From Owenia fusiformis (Eukaryota), in the NCBI GenBank assembly GCA_903813345.2, contig CAIIXF020000001.1:46686001-46750000 (forward strand): a stretch of 64,000 bases of DNA. The letters are read 5' to 3'. The translations under genes and the position numbers were made by a program. Positions 24,401 to 35,800 of this stretch are shown here, piece after piece (within the stretch, counting starts at the first letter, position 1; every line of letters starts with the position of its first letter). Under the pieces are notes generated by a model that saw nothing but the letters and a program-made list of their open reading frames with translations, was not told the DNA's origin and did not search any database.

Positions 24401-25581
24401 TCCAAACTGTCTGTTTCATCGAGTGATGGAGCTGAAATGGTGATTGTGTAATATAATCTTTTGTCCTTCGATTGCTTACATTTTAGGTTTGACTGACTCA
24501 AAAAAAAATAAAAAAGAATTGTCACTTTGATGATAGCAGGCCCATAGCAAGGGCGACCTACCCCCTCCCCCATAGTCAAAATTATTCTCAAAATCATGCA
24601 GTTATTCAACATTCTGAGCACTTTTCAAGTGATTTTTGTCTACGTAAGTTGTCAAACCTGAATCCCCCCTGGAATTTCTTAAGAAAAAAGGGAACCTTCC
24701 CCTTGGAATATCTTGGCTATGGGCCTGTGACAGTATTTATAATGTATCTTATCTTATTTGATATATTTGTCTCAGGGGTTTCACTCCAATATACCTCTTA
24801 ATACCTACATGTATGTGCAGCGCCAAAAACATGGGGGGTTCACTAGCTGTATATAAACCTTGATGGGGTTCCTCAGCGCACATGGGGTACCTTTTTTTGA
24901 CATTTGGTATGGCAATGGACACAAATTTTAGGATCTGGTATGAGAATGCCCCCCAAAATTATTACTTTTGAGGTATGGGAATGGTCGGATTTTTCCACTC
25001 TCTGGTATGAGAATGGTCGTGTAAAATATGTTACTTTACACTTGTGGTGTGGCATTTGTCTAGTAGCTACACATATTCTTAATTTGAGGTTGTTTTGTAT
25101 TGTAATCCTCAAAGATCTCCCTTCTTTTGGGGCCTTTTAGTTTGAATTTAGCTTTTCTCTTGTGTGGTATGGCATTGGTCCTAGATCCTATATTTGGACA
25201 TTTGGTATGGCATTCAATGGTCTTATATTTGGACATTTGGTACATGGCTTTTGAGCGTTCTTTTGGTTGGTATGAAAGTAAATATAAGTTAATGTAAGAA
25301 CTTTAAAGGGAAAATATAAAAAAGGTAAAATTTTTCCATGTTTTTTCGTCTCAGACTGGCCAGTTTCCATAGTTTATGCCCAAAGCCCAAATTGGGCATG
25401 CTGCACATACCTATACTCTAATAATAAAAACCTTGGTGTCCGACGATCAAAAAATCCATTTATTCTCTCATTTGGCCTTATTCTTAAGTTTGCCCTCCAT
25501 ATATAATAGGTTTGGCCAATGCCTTATCTAGCGCCACCTACCTTTTGTCAGTTCATCATGCAAATCATTTTTCCCCCGCAT
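9414..25581 (-). CDS. Divergent ZSWIM8/ZSWIM4-6 family SWIM zinc-finger protein (cullin-RING substrate adaptor-like), 11 coding exons, 3' end uncertain
   Basis: Phase-consistent exons (-): 25581-25542, 24431-24277, 23913-23781, 16103-15904, 15308-15182, 14840-14660, 14119-13857, 13129-12988, 11525-11325, 10989-10854, and 9764-9546 (donor) or 9764-9414 (stop). Motifs SLLDIAARV..FPCETLE..PPLDEALLKKVAFWAFP, QVGFMLTAV, WCPHVIAAVVYRI, APMTESLSVLSREQLQKLVQY and GAPDPTFG are collinear with the ZSWIM8 N-terminus. Confidence 0.88.
9850..10035. mobile_element. Short HINE-like element; related copies at ~12810-12950, ~17025-17165 and ~54530-54665
   Basis: Shared ~140 bp body ending in ACAATATGTCACC-N-GGTGACAT/A hairpins followed by an A-run; this copy has a local tandem duplication. 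Confidence 0.6.
10201..10695. repeat. Dispersed hairpin-rich repeat, near-identical to 31996-32488
   Basis: Direct identity of TAGGGGTTATGCACTGGGAGG...GAGATAC between the two copies; the ORF-track translations are also duplicated. Confidence 0.85.
11700..11865. repeat. Palindromic (hairpin) element
   Basis: ATAGTGACTGCCA...GGGAATATCCTGTCCACTGAC is inverted as GTCAGTGGACAGGATATTCCC...TGGCAGTCACTAT. Confidence 0.7.
12020..12790 (-). mobile_element. 5'-truncated CR1/L2-clade LINE remnant (ORF2 C-terminus, 3' UTR and microsatellite tail)
   Basis: The minus strand at ~12790-12530 reads FHRYNTRGKSNFTLPKAKTENYGKKTIAFSGSSIWNSLPEEIK, the HxYNTR / WNSLP C-terminal signature; AATAAA followed by a (TTGAA)n-like tail at ~12046-12020. 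Confidence 0.8.
15413..15593. mobile_element. hAT-like MITE family; other copies at ~24537-24727 (reverse) and ~60783-60982
   Basis: TIRs CAGGCCCGTAGCCAGG / CCTGGCTACGGGCCTG; body shared among the copies. Confidence 0.7.
17841..19403. mobile_element. HINE/pearl (CvA-like) element with a ~158 bp tandem core
   Basis: About 6 units containing AGACAAGACTTTACAGACAAGATTTTAGGACGGAAAATCCAAAATGGC (17900-18840), a (GGAC/AGAC)n microsatellite at ~19310-19355 and the terminal hairpin ATGGCCCCACACTATGTGGTGGGGACAT. Confidence 0.8.
19661..22370 (+). CDS. Secreted collagen-CUB protein (signal peptide, predicted coiled coil, 40 Gly-X-Y triplets, C-terminal CUB), ~339 aa, nested antisense in a ZSWIM intron
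   Basis: Exons 19661-19900, 20050-20485, 21787-22025 and 22266-22370, all GT-AG and phase-consistent. CUB signature CGGTF...TSPLYP..Y....CEWTI...F..FELE..C..DYLAIY...LGKYCG...FRTDGSVTRKGF. Confidence 0.9.
20563..20810. repeat. 39 bp minisatellite, about 6 copies
   Basis: Unit AATGTATTGCTTTAATATATTGCTTATTGTATTGTTATG. Confidence 0.9.
21281..21698. mobile_element. PIF/Harbinger-type MITE
   Basis: ~50 bp TIRs GGGGAGGCATCAAAAG...TAAATCTAGTTT, with TTA target duplication on both sides. Confidence 0.8.
22767..23071. mobile_element. MITE; related copies at ~16700-16915 and ~63268-63637
   Basis: TIRs AAAGGAGGATTGGCTCCCAG / CTGGGAGCCAATCCTCCTTT. Confidence 0.7.
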
Positions 25582-25876
25582 GCGTCTCAAATTCCAACAT
25601 GGAAGAGATTTTAAGAAAATGACGTAATTTAGAACAGAATGGTTTCCCCGAAATGGGAGGAGATTCCTTGAATTTTGTCAAGAGTTTGAACTTCTATGAA
25701 CTCTGACGTCATTTAGACAGAGGGCAAGAGAAGACTTTCTGAAGAGCATTTGGATCCAATTTCGAGTATCACTATTACTGACTATGGAATGGACACGCAT
25801 TAAAAAATGATTTTTTGACTGTCGGACAGGAAGGGTTTTAGAGTATAACTACCTACTATGAGTGAACCCCCCCCCC

Positions 25877-26233
25877 TAGACTATATCCTATTTAGTCTGA
25901 TTTATATTCAGACTATAAGGCACCTATGTTAAAGTTTGGTAATTATAGATATTTGTTTACATAGGAAGTGCTATTCAAAATGGCCGATTGGGTAAAATTA
26001 ATTTGCAATTTGTTACTTCAACTAGCTTTATTTCCACTTGACAATACGTTGTGTTACTTTTTATTGCATTTAATTGTACCTTACTATTTAATTGAAATTT
26101 TGTTATGTTTATTTTATTATAAAAATGGTTCCTCTAATTGATAATTTTGTGCAAAAAATTTCACTGCAATTTCCACAGGAAAGTAGTACATCATAACAGA
26201 CTGACTTCTAGTCAGTCTGTTGGATACATACTA
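25877..26233. mobile_element. Dispersed TIR element; second copy at ~57696-58060
   Basis: Termini TAGACTATATCC / GGATA(C/T)A(T/G)ACTA; shared body ATTTGTTTACATAGGAAGTG..ATTCAAAATGGCCGA..GGGTAAA. Confidence 0.7.
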
Positions 26234-26859
26234 CCCCCCCCCCCAGGGAAATTTGTACACACCAGCAATATTACTCAAAAGTGAAGGACCTGTGCAAAGA
26301 GATATATATCTTTTAATTTAGGCAATAAATTGCTATGTTACAATTTAGCCCAAGAACCTTTACTTTTAAAGTGCTGTTTTGACAATAGCCTAGCCTAACC
26401 CCTTCCTTTATACAACAGAAAGTGAATAATTTTGGTGAAGATTGCTTATTTTGATCTACATAATATGCAGAATCTCAATGAGACCGCATGGTGTTCAATC
26501 GATTCTAGAAATTATTACCTGCATGTACACTATTCCTATCTATGATTTTGAGAATGAATCCATCGTGTCTACGACGTTTCCTCGGAGGAAAATAATCGGC
26601 CATCATTGAAATATTTTTTCTTTTTGGACAAGAATTTAGAATGATGAAAGCTATACCCTCATTTATCATAAGGTGTGTAACTTATGCCATGAAAATTTCC
26701 GTTTTTATATACTGTATGATATCAATAATAATTACAAGTAGTAAAAAGGAAATGAAGAAGTTGGTATGTTCCATGAATTGATTGATAATGTTGAGTCCTT
26801 TTACTTAGGAAATCTCGCAGTGCATCTTCAAATTAGAGGAGCGAAATTTTGTAAAAAAA

Positions 26860-29800
26860 ATGGATAACAAAAATTCGGGTAAGAAAATAGGCAAAATTAC
26901 AGTGCTTGTGATTATATACCAGCATTAAATAAATAACGCTGTATCAATATACCACAAATCTTGCTACTTGATAATTTTTGATGTAACCAGAGCGAGGATA
27001 CAGTTCGAAAGTACATTATGTAACCTATTATCGCCCACATAAGAATGAAAAGAATTTTATTTATTTTTATTCTTAGCCATAGGACTTCAATGTGACTTCC
27101 TTTTTCTTTATCTTATTATAATATTCGAATTAAAACAATGTTGCACTTGGTCAATTCCTACAGTCCACTTACTATGTAGATTGACAATCAATTGTAATTT
27201 ACATAAATATCTCCCTATGCATCGCTTTGGAAGGGACAAATTTTCATTGGCACGTCCAAAGAGTCGATTACTCTGAACGTTTCTCAGCTTCTGATCTTCC
27301 ATCAGCTCTCAAGCATAGTTATATGATCCAATCTATTCAATAATGAGAACGATAATCGGAGATTCAAAGTAACATTATTTATATTTTCTCGATATTCAAT
27401 GGTGTCTGAGCAATTTCTGTGATATCAGTGACGTCACTAGAATTGGAACGGCATTTTCAACTTCAGATTTCTTTGGATTTGGGGATTATAATAGTTCAAA
27501 AAGCTTTGTCATATACATGTATCTTAATTACATACATACCTATCGTTTGTGCAAATGAAACTCTACATAAGTGTTTAATAGAGTCCCAGTGCGGCATTGA
27601 AAATAGCACCCCTGTGTAATCCAATGGGAAAGAACCCGGATGTACACGAAGTTGTATCATACATAAGAGCTCTTCAAACGGGAGGTAGCTAAACTGAACT
27701 AAATTAAACGTTATCGCATATTGGTATATTGGCACAATTCTTGTAATTGCAATTCTGCATGTATTTTATAGGTGACACTGATGAAAATAAAGATGACATT
27801 TCGAATGTCATGGGATTTGGATCATTTGGAGGTACATTTTGCAAACAATACTTTTTAACCAATAAGGACAACCATTCTCATCTATGATGATACATTTAAA
27901 TTCTTTGTATCATATTCTATAACAAGAACTTTGATTTACATAGTTATTTGCCCAATTTCCCAGAATTTTCTGAAAAAAGATTGTACGAAATCCACATTTG
28001 ACGTAATGTTAAAAAATCTGTGGAAGTTCTTTTAGAAATACATGTACATCAAGAAATTGTAGTATGAATTGTCAGTTTCCTGAATAGTTTTCTAGCTCGA
28101 ACAAAATGACTACACTGTCATCTATTTATAATAGCAAGCCCTCTCCTTTATATCATATATCATGTTCCTTTTTCTTAAAGGTGGTAAGAAAGCCAAACAG
28201 TTTGATTTCATGGCAATGTTTGAACAGACACGACAGACTGCAATGGACAGAAGTCAAAAAGTGCTAGAAGATAGAGTAAAAGATACAAAAATTGATGACC
28301 GACCTCATAGCTCTGGTAACACTATAAAAGGTCCACAGCCACTAAAAAATAAACAGACTGATTCAGAATCAGGTATTGAAAATTCTTTGCATTGTTTTTT
28401 TGTTAATTAAATTGATATTTAATTCAATTAAGTTACTTGACTTTCAGTTCATATAAAATGTCCATGTGCCTGTTTTGGGTCAGAACTGTCGTAACTTACG
28501 GTTTGATCACACGTCATTGTTCATCAAAAACGAACCCCTGGGTCATAAACTTGAAAAATAGTATTAGTAAATAAATTTAGTAGATGATTTTCTTCTACCG
28601 TTTTTTTTAGTTTAATAATTTTATTATTCAAAATGTGTTCATTGAAATTAATTACATAACATCTATGGGAAATCTACCTGACCGAGAAACTGAATTTGTG
28701 GGAGTAGATTTCAAATATAATATCCCTTCACTAAATTTTGAATATGTAATTACATCATGGGCTTTCAATTAAAAGCCCATGATTACATGTATTTAAATGA
28801 AGATAATATTTCTACTCCATTCAGTCTATTAATCTTACATTAATAATCAGCTAAGTAATTACTTTTATTGAAGAGGATGATGATGACGATGATGTCATAG
28901 GTCCACCGATACCAGGCTCAATGAAAACATCAGCAGAGCAAGATGAAGATGAAGTCATTGGACCTCCTATCCCTACAGCAACTGCTGCAAATGATGATGA
29001 TGATGAAGATGAGCCTGAAGAAGAAGAAGAGGTTAAAGTTATAGACTTGATTCATACACAGAAATATTGTTATTGTCCTCAGTTGAAATACTTGATTCTG
29101 ATTGGTCAATTTTAGTCAATTTATTTTCGCGTTATAGGGATCAGACATCACATCAAGACATGGGTTTGGTTTACAATGTCAGGATGTAATTAACAATGAA
29201 CCTGTACTCTATATATGATGTCTTAAGATGTTGATGTCTAAATTCTTGAGAAGTGATAAAAGAAGTGTATTTTTTTCAATTTCATTGTTTGATAACCATA
29301 AAAATCAAAGGTATATCTTGAAATAAAGTCAGAAGTGTTGGATCTTTTAAAAAATAGGCCTGATATGGAATGATAAGAGCAAAAACTAATTGTATCAAAT
29401 GGCAATGGCCTGAGAAACACTTTTAGCACAGACACTTTTGATATGGATCCCTCTTCTCTAAGTTATCATACTGATCTCATATGTCCTATGATTATTTGAT
29501 TTTTCAGGTACCATGGAACAAAATACCAAGCAGTCATGAAATTGAATTAAGACATGGAAGTAAAACAGTGTCTGCACTTACGCTAGATCCATCTGGGGCT
29601 CGCTTGGTGACTGGAGGTTACGATTATGATATGAAATTTTGGGATTTCGCAGGAATGGATTCTTCATTGAGGTCATTTAGGAACCTCCGACCATGTCAAA
29701 GGTTTTCAAATTTCTGTTCTTAGATAATCATATCCCAAGTTTCCCTAGTTAATTTTGGTGCTAATTGTATTGTCATTACATCTAATCTTGTATAAACAGT

Positions 29801-32800
29801 TGTATTAATTGATCACCCCAGCATTGATCAGGCAGTAGATTTTTTAATAACTTGACACTCACTTTTGAAACCCTCTGGTGACCGATGGGGACATTTTCCA
29901 ATGCTCAGTGTCTAGTGAGTTAGACCCCTTGGCTAAGGGTCACAGACTGATGATTTCATTGGCTAATCCACATATGAATTGTTCGTGATTATTTTGTAGT
30001 CATCCAATCAGGTCCTTGGCTTACAATGCATCTGGGGAATATATTCTGATAGTTGCTGGCAACTCTCAAGCAAAGGTTATCACCCGAGATGGCCATGATG
30101 TCATGGAATGCCCCAAAGGTGACCAATATATGAATGATATGGCCAAAACTAAGGTATGTTAAATGCATTACAATTTTTACCTAACATAATATCATGTAAT
30201 ATAAGTGTTTGATAATTATTGAGTTCTGAGAGCATTGTAAACGCAAAGCATTTTGTAATTGCAGATTTTCAATTAAAATACATCTAAGCTAGTGATTTAG
30301 GGGATCCTCTGTTCTGAACTCCAAAATTCAGAATATCTCCTTTCAAAGGAGGTACAGATTCTGGCCACCTGCTTAGGGGATACATTTAGGGGGTGACAGA
30401 TATAGTTGGCAATGTTTTCAATAATTGTTTCCCTCGCAGATACTTCTAGATACTGATTTTTTGTTTCAGTTTAACACATTGTACAGTGTTAGACCTTCAT
30501 TTAGAATAGAAATGATGCATTCTAATTACATTTCATGTGTACCTTTACAATAACTGACAAAAATGATGCGTTTGATTTTGATAAACAAATCCTTTCATGG
30601 TACAAATGATATTCTTTGTAAAACAGATAAGATGCTTTGTGTCGAGTGAGGAATCATGATAAAACAATTTATTTTAGGGACATATCGCAATGTTGAACGG
30701 TGGGTGCTGGAACCCTAAGAACAGACATGAGTTCATCACATGCTCTAATGATGGGTAGGTTCACTTTTTACATATGTCCAATGGAATTTTGGACATTGGC
30801 ATGACATCAGTATTTTTCAAGTTCAGTTTGTAAATGCTTTAAATCAAACATAGATCTAAGTTGACTGATTAATTCTTCAAGACATTAGATGACAATTATA
30901 TTTCTGTGTAAATTCATCACTCTGGTGATAGTTGATCACGTTGGATTCACTTGAAATATTTTTCTCAATTGATAGATTCTCATTTAATTGTGTTTATATT
31001 TAACAGCTCAGTGAGAATATGGGATACGACATGCGACAAGAAACACAAGAATATAATGAAACCTCGTTCTAAACTTGGAAGAAAGGCCACCCCTACAGCA
31101 TGTGTATACAGTACTGATGGGAAACTCATCGCAACAGCCTGTCAAGATGGATCCATACATGTGTTTGAAAATAAAAAATACATTGTAAGTTCAATTTTAC
31201 ATGAATCAAGATTAATGTTTGAAGGATAGTTACTAATTGATCAATCTCGTTATTTACACCTGTTTAGTTGACCTCTGATGTTACACATATGCAAACTCAA
31301 ATGGATTACTTTTTGGGGATTCTGGGAAATAGTCATCTCGAGTGGATAACTCATAAGGAGGGTATTTACTTGACACTTAATATACAAAATTAAACAATTG
31401 TCGATTGCCAATATAGGTAGAAATGGTTTCTTATTGGCAGCATTTTTTTATTCACATCAGATGTTGAGTGGCAGAAAAGTAAGACCAATTATACCAGTTG
31501 CATATATAGAGACGGCCCTCGGGCAAATATATTATATTTGCCTCGGGATAATCCCAATATCCTGAACCGACTATAGGATAATATGTTTATCCCATACCAA
31601 TCTTGGTCATCTGGTTAACATTGTTCAATCATGGAAATATTTTAGAACACATGTCCAGTTTTGTTTTCTTGGCCGTGGGCGGATTTTCCTGTTCTCTCAA
31701 ATATTCCCATATTTATTTTCTCTAATTTTTGATTGATTAAGTGGATGCTCCTTCCCTTTTTTAAACCATCAAACAGATCCCGATAGTCTGTGTTTTCTCC
31801 ATTGTCGTTTACAGTCATTACGCGAACGTTACAAATTATGAACAAATATGCGAGCTGCGATTATGACGTTGCGGGCAGATATACTATATCTGCCCGCTCG
31901 GAGCGGGACGTAAAGCTATATCTGCCCGCTGATGAAAATATAAGTTTTTACAAACCGGCTTTATGTACCTGTAACACGTCCAAGTATGGGATAAATAGGG
32001 GTTATGCACTGGGAGGTTTTGGATACAGGGAATATCCCGAGGGATATACAATATATCTTCCCGAGGGACCGAAGGGACCGAGGGAAGATGTATTGTATAT
32101 CCCAAGGGATATTCCATGTATCCAAACCGACCGTGCATAACTGGTGTATCTCATACTTGAGTGGGTTTAGGGTAGATATAACCTTTTCCATCTTTTTCAA
32201 ATGACAAGATATTTATATTTAACATTTTCGTAATATTCTTTTTGTTCAATACAATGAAATTGTAACATTTAAACTTAAAAAATTTAAATTTTAAAATTAA
32301 AAAACTAAAACTTTTGATATTTAAACTTTTTTAAACTTTTGAAAAATTCCCGGGAGCGGGATGGATATATTATATCTGCCCGCATTTGGCCTGGAGCGGG
32401 ACATATACAATATATCCTGCCCGCTCCTCAGATATGATATATATTCCCGAGTGATATCTACCCCAAACCCACTTAAGTATGAGATACATATTTATACTAC
32501 CCTTTACTTGAATATCCGACCTTCTGGTATTAGAAAATATATGTAGCAATTACATGTAAATATACTTTCTGTTCTTGTTTTAGGTTGGTAATCCAGCAAT
32601 GTTGACAAGAGGTGCTCATCAAGAAGGCTCAGATGTTTCAGGCATGGCCTTCTCTTATGATGGAACCACTTTAGCCACCAGGGGAGGTGATGATACTGTT
32701 AAATTATGGGATATAAGAAACTTTAAGAAGCCAATAAATGTCGCAGAGGGATTGACAAATTACTTTCCTGTGTGAGTGTATTGATTAATTCAGTTTTAAG

Positions 32801-35800
32801 GACAATTTTTCTAATTATTGTAATTTTTACATGGGTTTCTAAATTCCTTGTGGACAACAATTTTCCGAAACCAGGGAAATAGATGACACTTTTCATCACT
32901 AAATCCCTTTTCGAAATTATATGAATTAATTATTTAGTCATATTTCATATAGGTTTGGTCACAGACACGGGAACAAGAGTTCATCCTACTCACTATGTAT
33001 TACTTACAAAAAATATTACATTATACAGTGACTGGAGGGGGGGGTTAAATCTTCTTCCTGAGCCTGTGGGTTTGGTACATTTGGGATTCTAATGCAGAAA
33101 TCCTTATTAATCATTTTAAATGTTGCTATATACTTATTTACTCTAACCAATGGATTCCTCATATAATAATTAAAAATATGTAAATTATTAATCGAATAAT
33201 TTTCTTCTCCAGCACTGATGTGATCTTCAGCCCCGATGACAAGATGGTCATCACTGGTGTGTCTGTTAAAAAGAATGAAGGAAAGGGAAAACTAGTATTT
33301 ATGGAGAGGAATACCTTGCAGGTTGTACGGGAGATGACCGTGTCAGATTCTGTGAGTTTATGCATTTTTGTATGTCAACAAGAATAACAGAGATTTTCCC
33401 CTAAAAGACTGAATCATTATATGCAGGGTTCTCACTAGGCTTTTAGACTCTGGAGATTCTTTATACCCTCTTTCTCCAGAGCTAATAGCTTTTCCGTAGT
33501 CTAAAGTATTTTTTCCAGAGTCTAATTTTTTTACATTTTTGTTACAATATTTTTGGTAAAACTCTTGAAACAATACATAAAAACTGGATACAAACAAGGA
33601 ATGGGAAGTCTGGAACCTTTTAGAAATGTTATTGTTATTAAAATAGTAGGATAATCTTAAGTAGTATTTTGTAAAGTATACTTAATAGGATGTCTCTGAT
33701 GATCTCACATGGGGGAGGAATAGTCACGATACAGCTTAAAATCTGAGGGGTCTAAAAATTTCCTGGTGAGAACCCTGATATGATTCAAGATACCTCTATA
33801 ATGCAAAGGACCACCGTTCAATGAATTTTTCTGAACCCATCTCTTTAGTTTGTTTTCATCTTAAATATTATGAGATACATGAATATAATATTGTTGTACT
33901 TCTCTTGTTGTAGAGTGTAGTTAGATGTCTTTGGCATCCTAAACTCAACCAGATTGTGTGTGGCTGCAGTGATGGTGTAGCAAAACTTTACTATGATCCA
34001 GATAAAAGTGTCCGTGGTGCCAAACTTTGTGTGTTTAAAAAGAAAAAACGTGAAGAGGGGTCTGATTTTATCTCATCAACACATATTATCACACGTAAGA
34101 TACTTCTGACATTTCAAAGACAATTTCACAGTTGTTATGTTTTTACTGTTTGGGCTTCGCCACCTCCAACCACCAATACATTATCTTTTTTTTGTGGGCT
34201 TACATTCTTTAATTGGTGCAATTCTTAGAGGCTTGCCCTGTTAAAAATGTTCAACCTTGAATTTGGGACATTCAACCCCATGATTATTTCATTGAAAAAC
34301 TGAAAAACAATGGATGAAAAAAACAAACTGTTGAAAAAAATACAATGGTTTTTTTTCAACACATTGGAAAATTCAGTTGTAGTTTTCAATATATTGAAAA
34401 AAATTCAATAATATATTTTGCTCATACAGTAAAACTCCTCTGATAGAAGTAGAAAAGTTACTATAGGTTATCTTGGTATTTATAGTTTATGTGAATGCTT
34501 ATAACAACATTTAGTGTTTGCGAAAGCTTTTAAAGGTATTTTGTCAGGAGATAATGATTGATGATGTTTGAAAGTTTCATTGTCATTGGTATGCTAGATG
34601 ATCTGTTTAGAATTTTCTATGGGTCAAATCATGAGCTCAACTAAATGGAAAAATTATTTTTTATTTTAATTCAAAATGAAATTATCTGTTTATAATTTCC
34701 CTTGATTAGGTCCTTGAAAATACAAATGAATTGGGATGTTATTAGACCTTGTTAAAGTATTGTTTGGATGGGTTTAATAATCAAAGAAGACAATTTCATA
34801 TTAACCAATAAATTAATGATTTTATGTTCAAACTTTATGTTGCCTCTTTAAGTTGATACTAACTTTGGGTGTTATTATGAAACAAGTGATCGAATGTTGC
34901 TATTATGAAACAAGTGATCATGATCTAATGTTGCTATTATAAAATAAGTGATCTAATGTTCTATATGTCTCTGGTAAAGATGACTGTTAACATGCTGTTT
35001 ATTTTTTTTATATAGAATCACATCCTTCCATACATTGTATAATATAAAGTATATATCAAACCAATTATTTCATTCAAAATTAATGCATTACATTAATTTA
35101 TGAAATTATAGTAAGATTTCACTGTTTAAGTATAATATTTTAGATCGTATTTTCCCCATACAAATTGAATATAGACCCCAGTACTCGGGGAGTGCGATAA
35201 AAAGATTTGTCTACTTGTTGAGAGCATGCAATTTTTCATAAAAACACTAAAACAAAATTGAAAGTTAAACTCATGAATTTTGTTATACATAAAAAATTAC
35301 CTACTCCATGCAATAGGTATATCATATGGAGGTAACCTTCACTTCTGTTTGAAGTCCAATAAAGCTAGGAGTAAAACAGTGTCAGAGTATACATGTAATA
35401 CTCTAAAATGTACCACTTCTTTTTCAAATTTTTAATGGCAAGATATAGTGACATTAGAATATGCTTTTAGTATAATTTTGAAGGTATTAATGAGATCTAG
35501 ATGTATTGGGTCTTTTTCTTTTTTCATGAAAAGTAATGTTAATGTTTGTCTACCATAGGGGAGCATTTTCAAATATGGTTAATCTGAAAACATAGGATCA
35601 AATCCTATGCTAAGGGCTGATGTGAAAAAGATACTCCACCCTGGTGGGAATCGAACCCACAACCTCCTGATTACATGTCAGGTGCTCTGAGCCAACTGAC
35701 TCTTTCACATCAACATTGCATATATGGCATCACAGCCAAATACATTAAACCAAATCCCTATCCCAAATTAATGACCATTAAATCAATTTAAGAAATGATA

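Noticed and set aside
31790..32546. ORFs duplicated at 10116-10777
   Set aside because: They arise from a non-coding dispersed repeat, with open frames on both strands and no recognisable domain.
35632..35698. Functional tRNA-Thr(TGT) gene
   Set aside because: No acceptor stem and a non-canonical anticodon loop; kept only as a tRNA-like fragment.
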